From contig JAZSBD010000011.1 in assembly GCA_045602255.1 (NCBI GenBank), positions 94 through 64,093 of the forward strand: a DNA stretch of 64,000 nt. The letters are read 5' to 3'. The notes under the pieces are model-generated. The model searched no databases, had not been told where the DNA came from, and was given only the letters and a program-made list of their open reading frames with translations. The first letter of the stretch is position 1. Each line of letters starts with the position of its first letter. Below, one piece after another: positions 20,114 through 29,394 of this stretch. Made by a program: the position numbers and the translations under genes. The DNA is from Alistipes sp. Its GTDB lineage: Bacteria; Bacteroidota; Bacteroidia; Bacteroidales; Rikenellaceae.

Positions 20114-22243
20114 TTAACGTCGTAAAGTGTTACCAGTGCCGCCCATGCCGCTTGCCGTTGTTGAGCCTGTGCCAGAGCGTAGACCGCCGCCGCCCATGCC
20201 GCCGCCCATGCCGCCAAGACCTCCGAAGCCCATGCCTGAGCCCTGCTGACCATGGTCGTGACCCTTCTTGCTCTCCTCCTGGCGCTTCTTGGCCATCTCC
20301 TCCGCGAGCTTCTTGAGGCGCTCATCCTCGCGGTTGTTGAGCATCTCTATCACACTCTCCATGGTTATAGGTGCGAAGAGCTCGGCGAGGTCGACTTCGA
20401 TGTCGAACTCCCAATTCTCCTTGGTGGTGATCGTCTCCACGCCCTCCTCATTCTTGTATATCTCCGAGCGCTCGGGCTGTCGGCGTGCCACCATGTCGCC
20501 TGTATCCCACTTATGGTTGCCATTTAGATCCTCCACCACGCGAAGCATGATGTCGCCAGGCGATACGAACTCGAATTTGTAGCTACCATTGCTACCATTG
20601 AGTATCTGTTTCTGCACCTTACCCTGGGTGTTGGTTAGCTGGAGTATGTAGTTAGCATTGGGCTTAGCACCTCGCACGTTGAGGTTGACAATGGCATACT
20701 TAGCTGGGTCAGAGGCGTTATATGTCACCTTGATAGTGTCGTTCTGCTCCTGTGCCACGTTGCCAAAGGCCCCCTCAGGGATCAACAACTCATATTTGTA
20801 GCCTGCCTCCCACTTAGCGCGCAGCTGATACTTGCGATAGTTGAGCGTGTCGTGGATGAAGTGGAACTTGACACTCTCGCCTACGGTGTCGCCCTCCTTC
20901 ATGCGGCTTAGGGTTATGTGTGCCGAGTCGAAGCGTATGAGTGGGTAGTCGAACTCGAGGTCCACGTGTTTATCCTTGTTTACCTCGCCCGACTGTGGCA
21001 TTGTCACCTTGAAGGGGTTCTCCTTCTCGGGCTCCACCCAGTCCTCGCCATTTCGGAGTGCCTTCTCGCGCTCCTTCTCAAGCTCCTCACGCTCCTTACG
21101 CTCCTCCTTGGTCTCCTCATACTTCCACGCTAAGCGTAGCTTGGCGGTAGTTGGCACAAGGTTGTTTACCGAGTCGTGCATGAAGTATATCATCTCACCC
21201 CTGATGGTGTCGGGCAGCTGCTCGGCAGGGAGGTTGAACCATAGTGCTACGGTGTCGCGACCGATGCTCTGTGGGTCGTAGATAACCTTGTCGTCGGGGA
21301 TAGAGTCGAAGTGTATGCTGTGCACCATAGGGTGCTGCGAGCCGAAGTAGAGCATCGCCTTGTGGCGGTTCACGCGCTCGTGTGAGCTGAGCACCTGGCG
21401 TGTGAAGCGGCGGTCGGTGAACATCCTAAAGTAGAGCTGTGGGTCTGCCGAGGGGTAGTGACGTAGCGAGTCATACCAAATGGCAAAGCCGGGCATCCTG
21501 GATGGGTTGTAGACGCTATCGAGGAAGCCAATCTTATCTACCGATGGCTCGTAGGTCATATTGCTATTGGTATCCTCAAAGGCGTAGATGCGGTAGTCCA
21601 CAGGCTTGAGGTTCTGCGCGATGAAGATACCGTTCTTCTCGGCGCGAGCTATGACATGAGGCTTGTACTTGAACATCGTAGAGTCCCAGTCGCGAGGCTG
21701 CTCAATGGAGTCGTTGATAAAGAAGTAGATAAACGACTTACTCACCGAGTCCGCCTTATAGGAGTCCTCCGTGTATCCCGACATATACATCGAGTCGACC
21801 CTGTCGCCCGTAGAGAAGACGTAGCGCATCGAGTGTAGTGGGTTTGACTCGTTGTTATCCTGTATCGCCGAGCCGAAGTTGATGGCATAGGTGGTGTTTG
21901 AGCGTAGTGTATCCTTGATGGTCACGATGATGCCTCGTCCCTGGCGTGCCACCTGTGGCTGCTTCTTCATCGCTGGCGAGGTATATAGCTCCTTCTGCAC
22001 ATCCTTGATCTGCACATACTCGTTGAACTCGATATATATCTTTGGGGGGTGCAACGTGTCTATGTTTGTAGTGAAATTATCGGGTACCATATTGACGATT
22101 ACGGGTGGTAGCGTATCCTTAGGACCGCCCGTAGGTGTCAACGTCGAGGCACACTTGGTGAAGATGGCAACCATGAATATGAGTACCACCACTACCGATG
22201 TCGCCATCGCTATCTTATGCGCTATGTTGCGTCGTCTGTTCAT
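20114..22243 (-). CDS. Ig-like (Big_5) domain lipoprotein
   Basis: CA...PTGGPKDTLPP, IEFNEYV, NTTYAINFG.AIQDNNE.N, DLNGNHKWDTG...RQPE: a conserved Bacteroidota family. Confidence 0.75.
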   Translation of the reverse strand: MNRRRNIAHKIAMATSVVVVLIFMVAIFTKCASTLTPTGGPKDTLPPVIVNMVPDNFTTNIDTLHPPKIYIEFNEYVQIKDVQKELYTSPAMKKQPQVARQGRGIIVTIKDTLRSNTTYAINFGSAIQDNNESNPLHSMRYVFSTGDRVDSMYMSGYTEDSYKADSVSKSFIYFFINDSIEQPRDWDSTMFKYKPHVIARAEKNGIFIAQNLKPVDYRIYAFEDTNSNMTYEPSVDKIGFLDSVYNPSRMPGFAIWYDSLRHYPSADPQLYFRMFTDRRFTRQVLSSHERVNRHKAMLYFGSQHPMVHSIHFDSIPDDKVIYDPQSIGRDTVALWFNLPAEQLPDTIRGEMIYFMHDSVNNLVPTTAKLRLAWKYEETKEERKEREELEKEREKALRNGEDWVEPEKENPFKVTMPQSGEVNKDKHVDLEFDYPLIRFDSAHITLSRMKEGDTVGESVKFHFIHDTLNYRKYQLRAKWEAGYKYELLIPEGAFGNVAQEQNDTIKVTYNASDPAKYAIVNLNVRGAKPNANYILQLTNTQGKVQKQILNGSNGSYKFEFVSPGDIMLRVVEDLNGNHKWDTGDMVARRQPERSEIYKNEEGVETITTKENWEFDIEVDLAELFAPITMESVIEMLNNREDERLKKLAEEMAKKRQEESKKGHDHGQQGSGMGFGGLGGMGGGMGGGGLRSGTGSTTASGMGGTGNTLRR

Positions 22244-22249
22244 TGCTTG

Positions 22250-22768
22250 TTACTGTTTCTCTGTGTCGTCATTGGTATTTACCACCGTCCAGCCATTTGC
22301 CGAGCCCGTCTTACGCCATGCGTAGAGGTGTAGCTCGACCTTTATCTCAGGGATGTTCATGGGTGTCTCATAGTCGCGGTAGGCATAGAGTTTATTCTCC
22401 ACATCTACAACCACCAATGTCGTATATTTAGCCTTAAGGTCGAGGGTCAGCTGATACTCATCCGTGGAGCTCCATGTGCCTATCACATCGGGCTTGGTGA
22501 GTGTCTCTGTGGCTCTATCCTTGTTTGTTATCTTCATCGCGAGGGCGTCATCCCACGACTTGACCTCCCACTTCTCACCCTTCTTCGTGTAGAAGGCGTA
22601 TGCTCGTAGCTCTGTTGTGCATGGCACAAGTTCAGCGTCGGCGCTCTCCTGCGATGTTACGCGTATCTTGAAGAGCGTGCCCTGTATCTCATCCTTGAAG
22701 CACCCCGACATCATAAGTGCCGCGATAACGACAGTGAATATGCTTGTTAAATATCTCATTACTAACAA
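22250..22768 (-). CDS. Hypothetical lipoprotein
   Basis: Lipobox MSGC followed by FKD; lies within the operon. Confidence 0.65.
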   Translation of the reverse strand: MLVMRYLTSIFTVVIAALMMSGCFKDEIQGTLFKIRVTSQESADAELVPCTTELRAYAFYTKKGEKWEVKSWDDALAMKITNKDRATETLTKPDVIGTWSSTDEYQLTLDLKAKYTTLVVVDVENKLYAYRDYETPMNIPEIKVELHLYAWRKTGSANGWTVVNTNDDTEKQ

Positions 22769-23262
22769 ATTGTTCTTATATGTTTCAACATCTCATTGGG
22801 CGTAAGACTCAATGCTGGGTGCTTGCGCTCGGGGGCTATCTCCGCCACAGGGCGTAGGGCATACTCCCTCTCAGCGAGGAAGTGGTAGGGTATGGTGAGT
22901 CTATCGTCGTCGTAGCTCTCGTCACCATAGAAGATGATGTCTATGTCTATGGGGCGTGAGGCATATCTCTCGCCACGTGCAGCGCTTATCTTCCTCTCCT
23001 CCTCGCGGTTACGACCCAAGCCCTCCTCGATACGATTTATGCGGCGTAGTAACTCGTAGGCGTCGATGTCGCTCTCTACCTCTACTGCGCGGTTGACGAA
23101 GTTGTTGTCGGCGCTAAAGCCATAGGGCGCCGAGGTATAATCCTTAGACTGCTGCACAACCTCGCCTATGGCAAGACCTATTAGGAGTGTTGCCTTCTCG
23201 ATGATTTCGGTGGCATGGCTATCGTTCGAGCCGAGCAGAAGTATAATGCTGGTCATCATCAT
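22762..23262 (-). CDS. folK: 2-amino-4-hydroxy-6-hydroxymethyldihydropteridine diphosphokinase
   Basis: LLGSN, FVN.AV, IEEGLGR, RPIDIDII, LTIP...ER.Y.L.P..EI. Confidence 0.88.
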   Translation of the reverse strand: MMMTSIILLLGSNDSHATEIIEKATLLIGLAIGEVVQQSKDYTSAPYGFSADNNFVNRAVEVESDIDAYELLRRINRIEEGLGRNREEERKISAARGERYASRPIDIDIIFYGDESYDDDRLTIPYHFLAEREYALRPVAEIAPERKHPALSLTPNEMLKHIRTIC

Positions 23263-24401
23263 ATCTTTTTTATCACCTTACTTATGCTTAGAGCAAGGTG
23301 GGTGAATACTATTCGTGGTGAGCCATTCTGTCCTATCTGCAGCATGGCACACTCCAACTCGCGCACGAGGAACTCAATGTTGTGGTTGCCGATGTAGGGT
23401 GCAAACTTCTTGCAGAAGGCCTCCTCCTCGCCCCATAGATAGCTTATGGAGCCTAACCCCGCATGTATCATGTAGCTTTCGCGTAGCAGACGTACGGCAT
23501 TGAGCATAAACTGACGCTGTCCCTCACGTGTGAGCGTCGTTATATCATCGACCCACTCGAATAGTCCAAGGTGCTTGTCGGCATAGCATAGGCGCATGAG
23601 TGTCACGAAGAGGTCGAAGTAGTGCTTGCGAGCCTCATCTCTCTCGCCCGCAATAAGCTCCTCAAGCTCTATCATGGAGCCTCCCGCCAGACGCGCCATG
23701 GCGTGTGCCTCGCTACTGCTCTTACCACGAGCTATGGCTACAGCCTCAAGGGCTGAAGTGTCTATGCGTTCCACGCTCACCTCCTGTGTGCGTGACGTGA
23801 TGGTAGGCAGTAGCCACTCGGGGTGCTCCGCAACGAGGATGAAGAGGGTCTTATCCCAAGGCTCCTCCAAGATTTTGAGTATCTTGTTTGCCGCCTCCTG
23901 ATTCATAGCCTCAGGGAGCCATATTATCATCGCCTTATACTCCGACGAGTAACTCTTCAGTGAGAGCTTCTTAATAATCTCCTCCGACTCCTTGGCGGTG
24001 ATGAGTCCCTTCATGGTCTTGCCAAGGTCGAGCCTCTCGTACCACTCCTCGGGGGTGAAGATGCCTCGCTTATCTGCCCAAATCTCGCGCCACTTGTCGA
24101 TGAAGAGGTCGCTGATGACAGCCTCGCCCGACTTCTTCTCCCTCTTATTTACGGGAAAGACAAAGTGTAGGTCGGGATGTGCCAGCTGGCTTATCTGATG
24201 GCACGATGGGCATACGCCGCACGAGTCGCCATCGTGGCGGTGGGGGCAGAAGAGATACTGCACATATGCCAACGCGAGAGGTAGCGTGCCGTAACCCGAC
24301 AACCCTGTGAAGAGCTGGGCATGGCTCACACGACCCATCTCTACCTGCGTGGCAAGACGGCGCTTAAGCTCGTCGTGACCTATGATATCGCTAAACTTCA
24401 T
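23259..24401 (-). CDS. holB: DNA polymerase III delta' subunit
   Basis: HAQLF.G, CGVCPSC zinc finger, HPDLHFVFP, AANKILKILEEP, LPTITSR. Confidence 0.92.
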   Translation of the reverse strand: MKFSDIIGHDELKRRLATQVEMGRVSHAQLFTGLSGYGTLPLALAYVQYLFCPHRHDGDSCGVCPSCHQISQLAHPDLHFVFPVNKREKKSGEAVISDLFIDKWREIWADKRGIFTPEEWYERLDLGKTMKGLITAKESEEIIKKLSLKSYSSEYKAMIIWLPEAMNQEAANKILKILEEPWDKTLFILVAEHPEWLLPTITSRTQEVSVERIDTSALEAVAIARGKSSSEAHAMARLAGGSMIELEELIAGERDEARKHYFDLFVTLMRLCYADKHLGLFEWVDDITTLTREGQRQFMLNAVRLLRESYMIHAGLGSISYLWGEEEAFCKKFAPYIGNHNIEFLVRELECAMLQIGQNGSPRIVFTHLALSISKVIKKI

Positions 24402-24408
24402 ATCTCTA

Positions 24409-25890
24409 CTAACGTCTTACTTTGGATAACATTGCCCTGAGCATAGCTCTAAGGTCTATTCGCTCCCTCCATACGGCATAGGCGACAACAACCATGAGTA
24501 GGAGAGTGTTCATCGCCATGCGTGGCGCTGTGGTGAGTGGGGCAAGGGCGTACTCGCCTGCCAGGTATATGACACCACCCAAGACTACGTACTCGCCCAT
24601 GCGCTTAAGGTCGTAGGGGATAGGGTAGTGCTTGCGGCAGAGCGTATAGCTCCAGACAACCATGACAGCCTCGGCGATGAGGCGCACTATGGCAGCACCC
24701 TTATAGCCCATCTTGGGCACGAGGGCGAAGCTCAAACCTATGGTCACCACAAGACCCAGTAGGGTGATGTAGAGGGCATATTTGGTCTTCTCCTCGCGCT
24801 TATACCAGAACGACAGGTTGAGCCATACGCCAGCGAGGATGTTTGCCAAGAGTACCAATGGCAGGATGTCGACCCCCACGCGGAACTGCTCGCCCACGAT
24901 AAGGGCAAACTGCTCCTTGAAGAGGGTGATGAGCAGGAAGATGAGTGTCGAGGCTATGATGAAGTACTTCATGGCTGCGGCATTAGCCTCCTTGAACTCC
25001 TCCTTCTTGAAGCCCGAGAGGAAGAATGGCTCGGCGGCAAGGCGGTACATCTGCGTGAAGAGGGTCATGATGACGGCAATCTTCACTATAGCACCATAGA
25101 TGCCGAGTTGTGCAAGTGCCTCCACCTCGCTACCAGGAGTGAGGAACTTGATCATCTGTCTGTCGATAAACTCATTGGCAGTACCTGCAATGCCGCTCAG
25201 GAGTAGTGGCAACGAGTATATCATGATGCGACCCAAGAGGGGTCTATCTATGCGTGGTAGTATGCGCCCTGTGGTGGGGAGTATCGCCATGAAGGTAATG
25301 ACGCTCGCTGCAAGGTTGGCAACAAGCACCCAGCCTACACCGAAGCTACTGTCGTACAATCCGGCGATGCCGAAGCCCACGGCGAGTGCGACGTTGAGAA
25401 GCATGTTGAGCGCCTTGAGCATCACGAAGTGCATAGCCCTGCCCTGCTCCCTAAGGCGCGAGAAGGGAATCATCGACCACACGTCGATCATCACTATGGC
25501 GGCAACGATGACTACATACTCGGGGTGGGCAACATAGGCGCTACCCATGGCGCGCGAGATTGGCATGTCGAGAAGCCATACGACGAGGAAGAATATCGCG
25601 GCGGTGAGCATCGTCACGCCCCATGTTGTGGCGAAGACCTTGCGCTTGCCCGCGGCGATGTCGCCACCCTGCTCCTCGGCGCGTGTGGTGAAGCGGAAGT
25701 AGCTCGACTCCATGCCCATGGAAAGTAGCACTAAGGCGAAGGGTATGAGGGCATATATGTCGGTGACGATGCCATAGGTGGCCTCGTCAAAGATGCGCGT
25801 ATAGTAGGGCGTAAGCAGGTAGTTCAGTAGGCGAACTACTATCGTGCTGATTCCATATATTGCGGTCTGTTTTGCTAACTTCTCTAACAT
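24409..25890 (-). CDS. MOP/Wzx-like polysaccharide biosynthesis membrane protein
   Basis: KQTAIYGIS, GMESSYFRF, IDRQMI, GIYGA..KIA, AAEPFF; about 14 TMs. Confidence 0.82.
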   Translation of the reverse strand: MLEKLAKQTAIYGISTIVVRLLNYLLTPYYTRIFDEATYGIVTDIYALIPFALVLLSMGMESSYFRFTTRAEEQGGDIAAGKRKVFATTWGVTMLTAAIFFLVVWLLDMPISRAMGSAYVAHPEYVVIVAAIVMIDVWSMIPFSRLREQGRAMHFVMLKALNMLLNVALAVGFGIAGLYDSSFGVGWVLVANLAASVITFMAILPTTGRILPRIDRPLLGRIMIYSLPLLLSGIAGTANEFIDRQMIKFLTPGSEVEALAQLGIYGAIVKIAVIMTLFTQMYRLAAEPFFLSGFKKEEFKEANAAAMKYFIIASTLIFLLITLFKEQFALIVGEQFRVGVDILPLVLLANILAGVWLNLSFWYKREEKTKYALYITLLGLVVTIGLSFALVPKMGYKGAAIVRLIAEAVMVVWSYTLCRKHYPIPYDLKRMGEYVVLGGVIYLAGEYALAPLTTAPRMAMNTLLLMVVVAYAVWRERIDLRAMLRAMLSKVRR

Positions 25891-26128
25891 TATCTGCGGC
25901 GCTGTTACCTATTTATAGGTACAACGCGGCAAAGATAAGAAAAAAAAGTGAAAAGGGCAAAGAGGACAACTGAAAAGTGTGGTGCGCTTTGCGACGATGT
26001 GGTCTATGGTGTGATAAGTGTATAAGGGGTGCGAGGGGCACGCTATCAGCGAAATACCCCTCAGACCCCTAATGCCTCTTGTATCCCTTCTCTATTGCTC
26101 CAAGGAGCAAAGTGGGCTCTCTCTTACT

Positions 26129-27226
26129 CTATCGCACCCTGATCTTCTGACCCTCGCGGATGCGGTCGGGGTTGAGACCTGGGTTAAGCTCCTTGATTTT
26201 GTTTATCGAAGTGCCGTAGTTCGATGCTATGGTGCTAAGATACTCACCCTTAGCCACCTTGTGATAGACCTCGCCTGAGGTTGGTGTGTTCTGCGCCTTG
26301 CTATTATCTGTTGTCGAGGTAACCTCCTCGGCGCCATATACCTTGATGCGCTGACCCTCGCGAATCTTATCTGGGTTGAGATCGGGATTGAGCTTCTTAA
26401 TCTTGGCTACCGTGGTGTTGTACTTCTGTGCTATGGTGCTGAGATACTCGCCCTTAGCCACCTTGTGCCACACCTCGCCATCGCTGTTGGCAACGACCTC
26501 GCTTGACTTGCTATCCTGCTTCTGTGCGGGCTTCTCCTCCTTTGACTCCTCCTTGGTCACAGCCTTAGTCTCCTCCTCTGGCGTTGGCTCTGCTGCTCTC
26601 TCTTTCTGCTCCTCAAGCTTGCCATCGGCGCGTAGGTCGCGCTCGCCTGGAATGATGGTGACTTCGATATTTGTTCGGTGGGGGTTAATCATGTTGTAGA
26701 GGCTATCGAGGTCATCGTTGTTCATGACGATATTTCCCGATGAAGAGCGCAAGCCTACGAGCTTGGGCTCCAGCGTGCCGCATATGCCAATGGTGTTTAT
26801 GTTAGGCACATCAAGGCGGATAAACCAAGGTCCGTAGCCGCCCGTAACGCGCTCGTTATCATCGCCTTTCGATGACTTCCAGCTCGCGGCATCTTGTATC
26901 TTGCCCGAGATCTTAAACGTACCCTCGGGGGTCTTCATATCGCCATTCTTCTGCTTATTACCATATGCACTACCCACAGCCACGGGGAAGCAGCATATGA
27001 GGCGATTATTCTTGTCGTATACCTTCAGGGTCAATGATGCCTTGCTCACCTCGATGCGCGACGCCTCTTCTGCATTGCCGTTTGCGGGCTCAGACTCAGC
27101 GATACACTCGGCATCCTCGTACTCGACTGCCTCTTCAGGCGTTACTTTGCTCTTGCTGGTTGAGGCGTTGCATGCGGCAAACATCAGCGCCACAATTGCT
27201 ACAATGTATAATACTCTCTTGCTCAT
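26129..27226 (-). CDS. Lipoprotein with a YkuD/L,D-transpeptidase-like domain (degenerate active site) and two LysM domains
   Basis: Lipobox FAAC; FPVAVG..GD.KTPEGTF, YGPWFIRL; two HKVAKGEYLSTIA..Y.T....IK.LNP....IREGQ.I.V repeats. Confidence 0.85.
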   Translation of the reverse strand: MSKRVLYIVAIVALMFAACNASTSKSKVTPEEAVEYEDAECIAESEPANGNAEEASRIEVSKASLTLKVYDKNNRLICCFPVAVGSAYGNKQKNGDMKTPEGTFKISGKIQDAASWKSSKGDDNERVTGGYGPWFIRLDVPNINTIGICGTLEPKLVGLRSSSGNIVMNNDDLDSLYNMINPHRTNIEVTIIPGERDLRADGKLEEQKERAAEPTPEEETKAVTKEESKEEKPAQKQDSKSSEVVANSDGEVWHKVAKGEYLSTIAQKYNTTVAKIKKLNPDLNPDKIREGQRIKVYGAEEVTSTTDNSKAQNTPTSGEVYHKVAKGEYLSTIASNYGTSINKIKELNPGLNPDRIREGQKIRVR

Positions 27227-27246
27227 ATGTTTGTTTTTATTGTTCG

Positions 27247-29280
27247 TTACTCGTTGTGCTTCAGCACTATGCCTGTGCGTGAGGTGTTATATATATTTAT
27301 AGTGTAGTACTCCGTGCCATCCTCGCGTGTGTGAGTTGTCGTGAAGTGCTCGCTGCTTATGTCGGCACGCTCATGACCGCCAAAACGCTTCTCGTCCGAC
27401 GACATTAGCACGGTGTATTTACCTGCCCAGGGCACGCATAGCTCATAGTCGGGAATCGATGCCGTAGGGTGCCAGTTGAGCACGAAGAGTAGCCCGCTGT
27501 GCGAGTATACCATCGTCTTGTTCACCTCGTCCATCATATGGTTGTAGGGGTAGCCATCGCCTAATACACCATACTCCTTAACTATCTCAATCATAGCCTT
27601 ATCGAAGGCGTTGAGGAAGGAGTATCTGAGGAAGCCATTCTCGGCGAGTGACCACTGGCGGCGTGCGTGAGCATAGGACCAGTTGTTGCCCTCGCGGGGG
27701 AAGTCTATCCACTCAGGGTGCCCGAACTCGTTGCCCATGAAGTTGAGATATGCCTCGCCACCTGTTGTTATGGTCATGAGGCGTATCATTTTATGTAGTG
27801 CCATGCCACGGTCGATGATGAGGTTCTCCGATGCACGGTCCATGTGGAAGTACATCTCCTTGTCCATCAGGCGGAAGGCGATGGTCTTGTCGCCCACGAG
27901 TGCCTGGTCGTGCGACTCGGCGTATGCCACAGTGCGTACTGATGGCAGACGGTTGGTCATCACCGACCACATCTCCCATATGTTCCAATCCTCGTCGGCC
28001 TGCTCCTTGAGTAGCTTAATCCAGTAGTCGGGAATAGCCATGCCAAGGCGGTAGTCGAAGCCCATGCCTCCCTCTTCGGGCTCTACGCATGAGCCAGGCA
28101 TGCCACTGACATCCTCGGCGATAGATATGGCGTCGGGACGTAGCTCGTGGATGAGCTTGTTGGCGAGGGTGAGATATACTATAGCATCACGGTTTACACC
28201 CTCGTCGAAGAACTTCTCGCGACAGTCGAAATCGACATATCCGTGGTGGTGGTATAACATCGATGTCACGCCGTCAAAGCGGTAACCGTCAAAGTGATAC
28301 TCCTCCAACCAGTACTTAACATTCGAGAGTAGGAAGTGCTCCACCTCGCGCTTGCCATAGTCGAATATCATAGAGTCCCAATACTGCTGATAGCCAGCGC
28401 CGCCCTCCTTAGAGTAGTGGTGCTTAGAGCCATCGAGTTCGTTGATGCCCTCGTCGAAGTTTTTAACATAGTGGGCGTGCACAAGGTCCATGATCACGGC
28501 AATGCCCAACTCGTGAGCTCGGTCTATGAGTGAGCGTAGCTCATCGGGGGTGCCAAAGCGTGATGATGGCGCAAAGAGGCTCGATACATGATAACCGAAA
28601 GAGCCATAGTAGGGGTGCTCGGCAATCGCCATAAGCTGCACAGCATTGTAGCCCAACTCCTTGATGCGTGGCAATACCTCGTCGCGGAACTCTACGTATG
28701 TGCCCACACCCTCTCTCTCCACAGCCATGCCCACATGAGCCTCGTAGATGAGCAGCTCGCCCACCTTGGGAGCTCGGAAATTGTCATGCTGCCAGTCGTA
28801 GGGTCGCTCGATGATAAACTGCGCGGTGTAGTTCTTCGTGCTCTCATCCTGCACCACACGCTTGGCATAGGCGGGTATGCGATCTCTCCAGCCGTTGTTG
28901 CCATGAACGTGTATCTTGTACAACGAGCCATCCACCAAACGCGCCTCATACATCGCGTCGGGGAGGAAGATACTCCACACACCCTCGCGGCTGCGCTGTA
29001 GGCGCAGCTCGGTGCGCTGCCAGTTGTTGAAATCACCGAAGATATATACATCCTTGGCCTCGGGGAGCCACTCTCTGAACCACCAGCCCTTCATCACCTC
29101 GTCTCGCTGCCAACCATAGTAGCGATGGCCATTGGCGTAGTCGACAATCGTGCCAGCCGATTTTTCGATGTTGTTCAAACGCTCTTTATACATGGCGTGA
29201 CGACGGTTAACCTCCTCTTCCACAGGGAGTAGCCACTCGTCGGCAGCCACCATTTCGAGTCTTTTATTTTGAGTATTCAT
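27247..29280 (-). CDS. glgB: 1,4-alpha-glucan branching enzyme (GH13)
   Basis: IYEAHVGM, YYGSFGYHV, DGYRFDGVTSM, IAEDVSG, YAESHDQALVGDKT, NFMGNEFGHPEWIDFPR. Confidence 0.93.
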   Translation of the reverse strand: MNTQNKRLEMVAADEWLLPVEEEVNRRHAMYKERLNNIEKSAGTIVDYANGHRYYGWQRDEVMKGWWFREWLPEAKDVYIFGDFNNWQRTELRLQRSREGVWSIFLPDAMYEARLVDGSLYKIHVHGNNGWRDRIPAYAKRVVQDESTKNYTAQFIIERPYDWQHDNFRAPKVGELLIYEAHVGMAVEREGVGTYVEFRDEVLPRIKELGYNAVQLMAIAEHPYYGSFGYHVSSLFAPSSRFGTPDELRSLIDRAHELGIAVIMDLVHAHYVKNFDEGINELDGSKHHYSKEGGAGYQQYWDSMIFDYGKREVEHFLLSNVKYWLEEYHFDGYRFDGVTSMLYHHHGYVDFDCREKFFDEGVNRDAIVYLTLANKLIHELRPDAISIAEDVSGMPGSCVEPEEGGMGFDYRLGMAIPDYWIKLLKEQADEDWNIWEMWSVMTNRLPSVRTVAYAESHDQALVGDKTIAFRLMDKEMYFHMDRASENLIIDRGMALHKMIRLMTITTGGEAYLNFMGNEFGHPEWIDFPREGNNWSYAHARRQWSLAENGFLRYSFLNAFDKAMIEIVKEYGVLGDGYPYNHMMDEVNKTMVYSHSGLLFVLNWHPTASIPDYELCVPWAGKYTVLMSSDEKRFGGHERADISSEHFTTTHTREDGTEYYTINIYNTSRTGIVLKHNE

Positions 29281-29394
29281 TCTTTTTTTGGCTTGATTTG
29301 TAGCAAAGATACAAAAATAATTCGTATATTTGCCCAGTATATAGTGTTAATTAAGTAACAAACTATAATATTTATTAACAAAAACTAAATTTTT

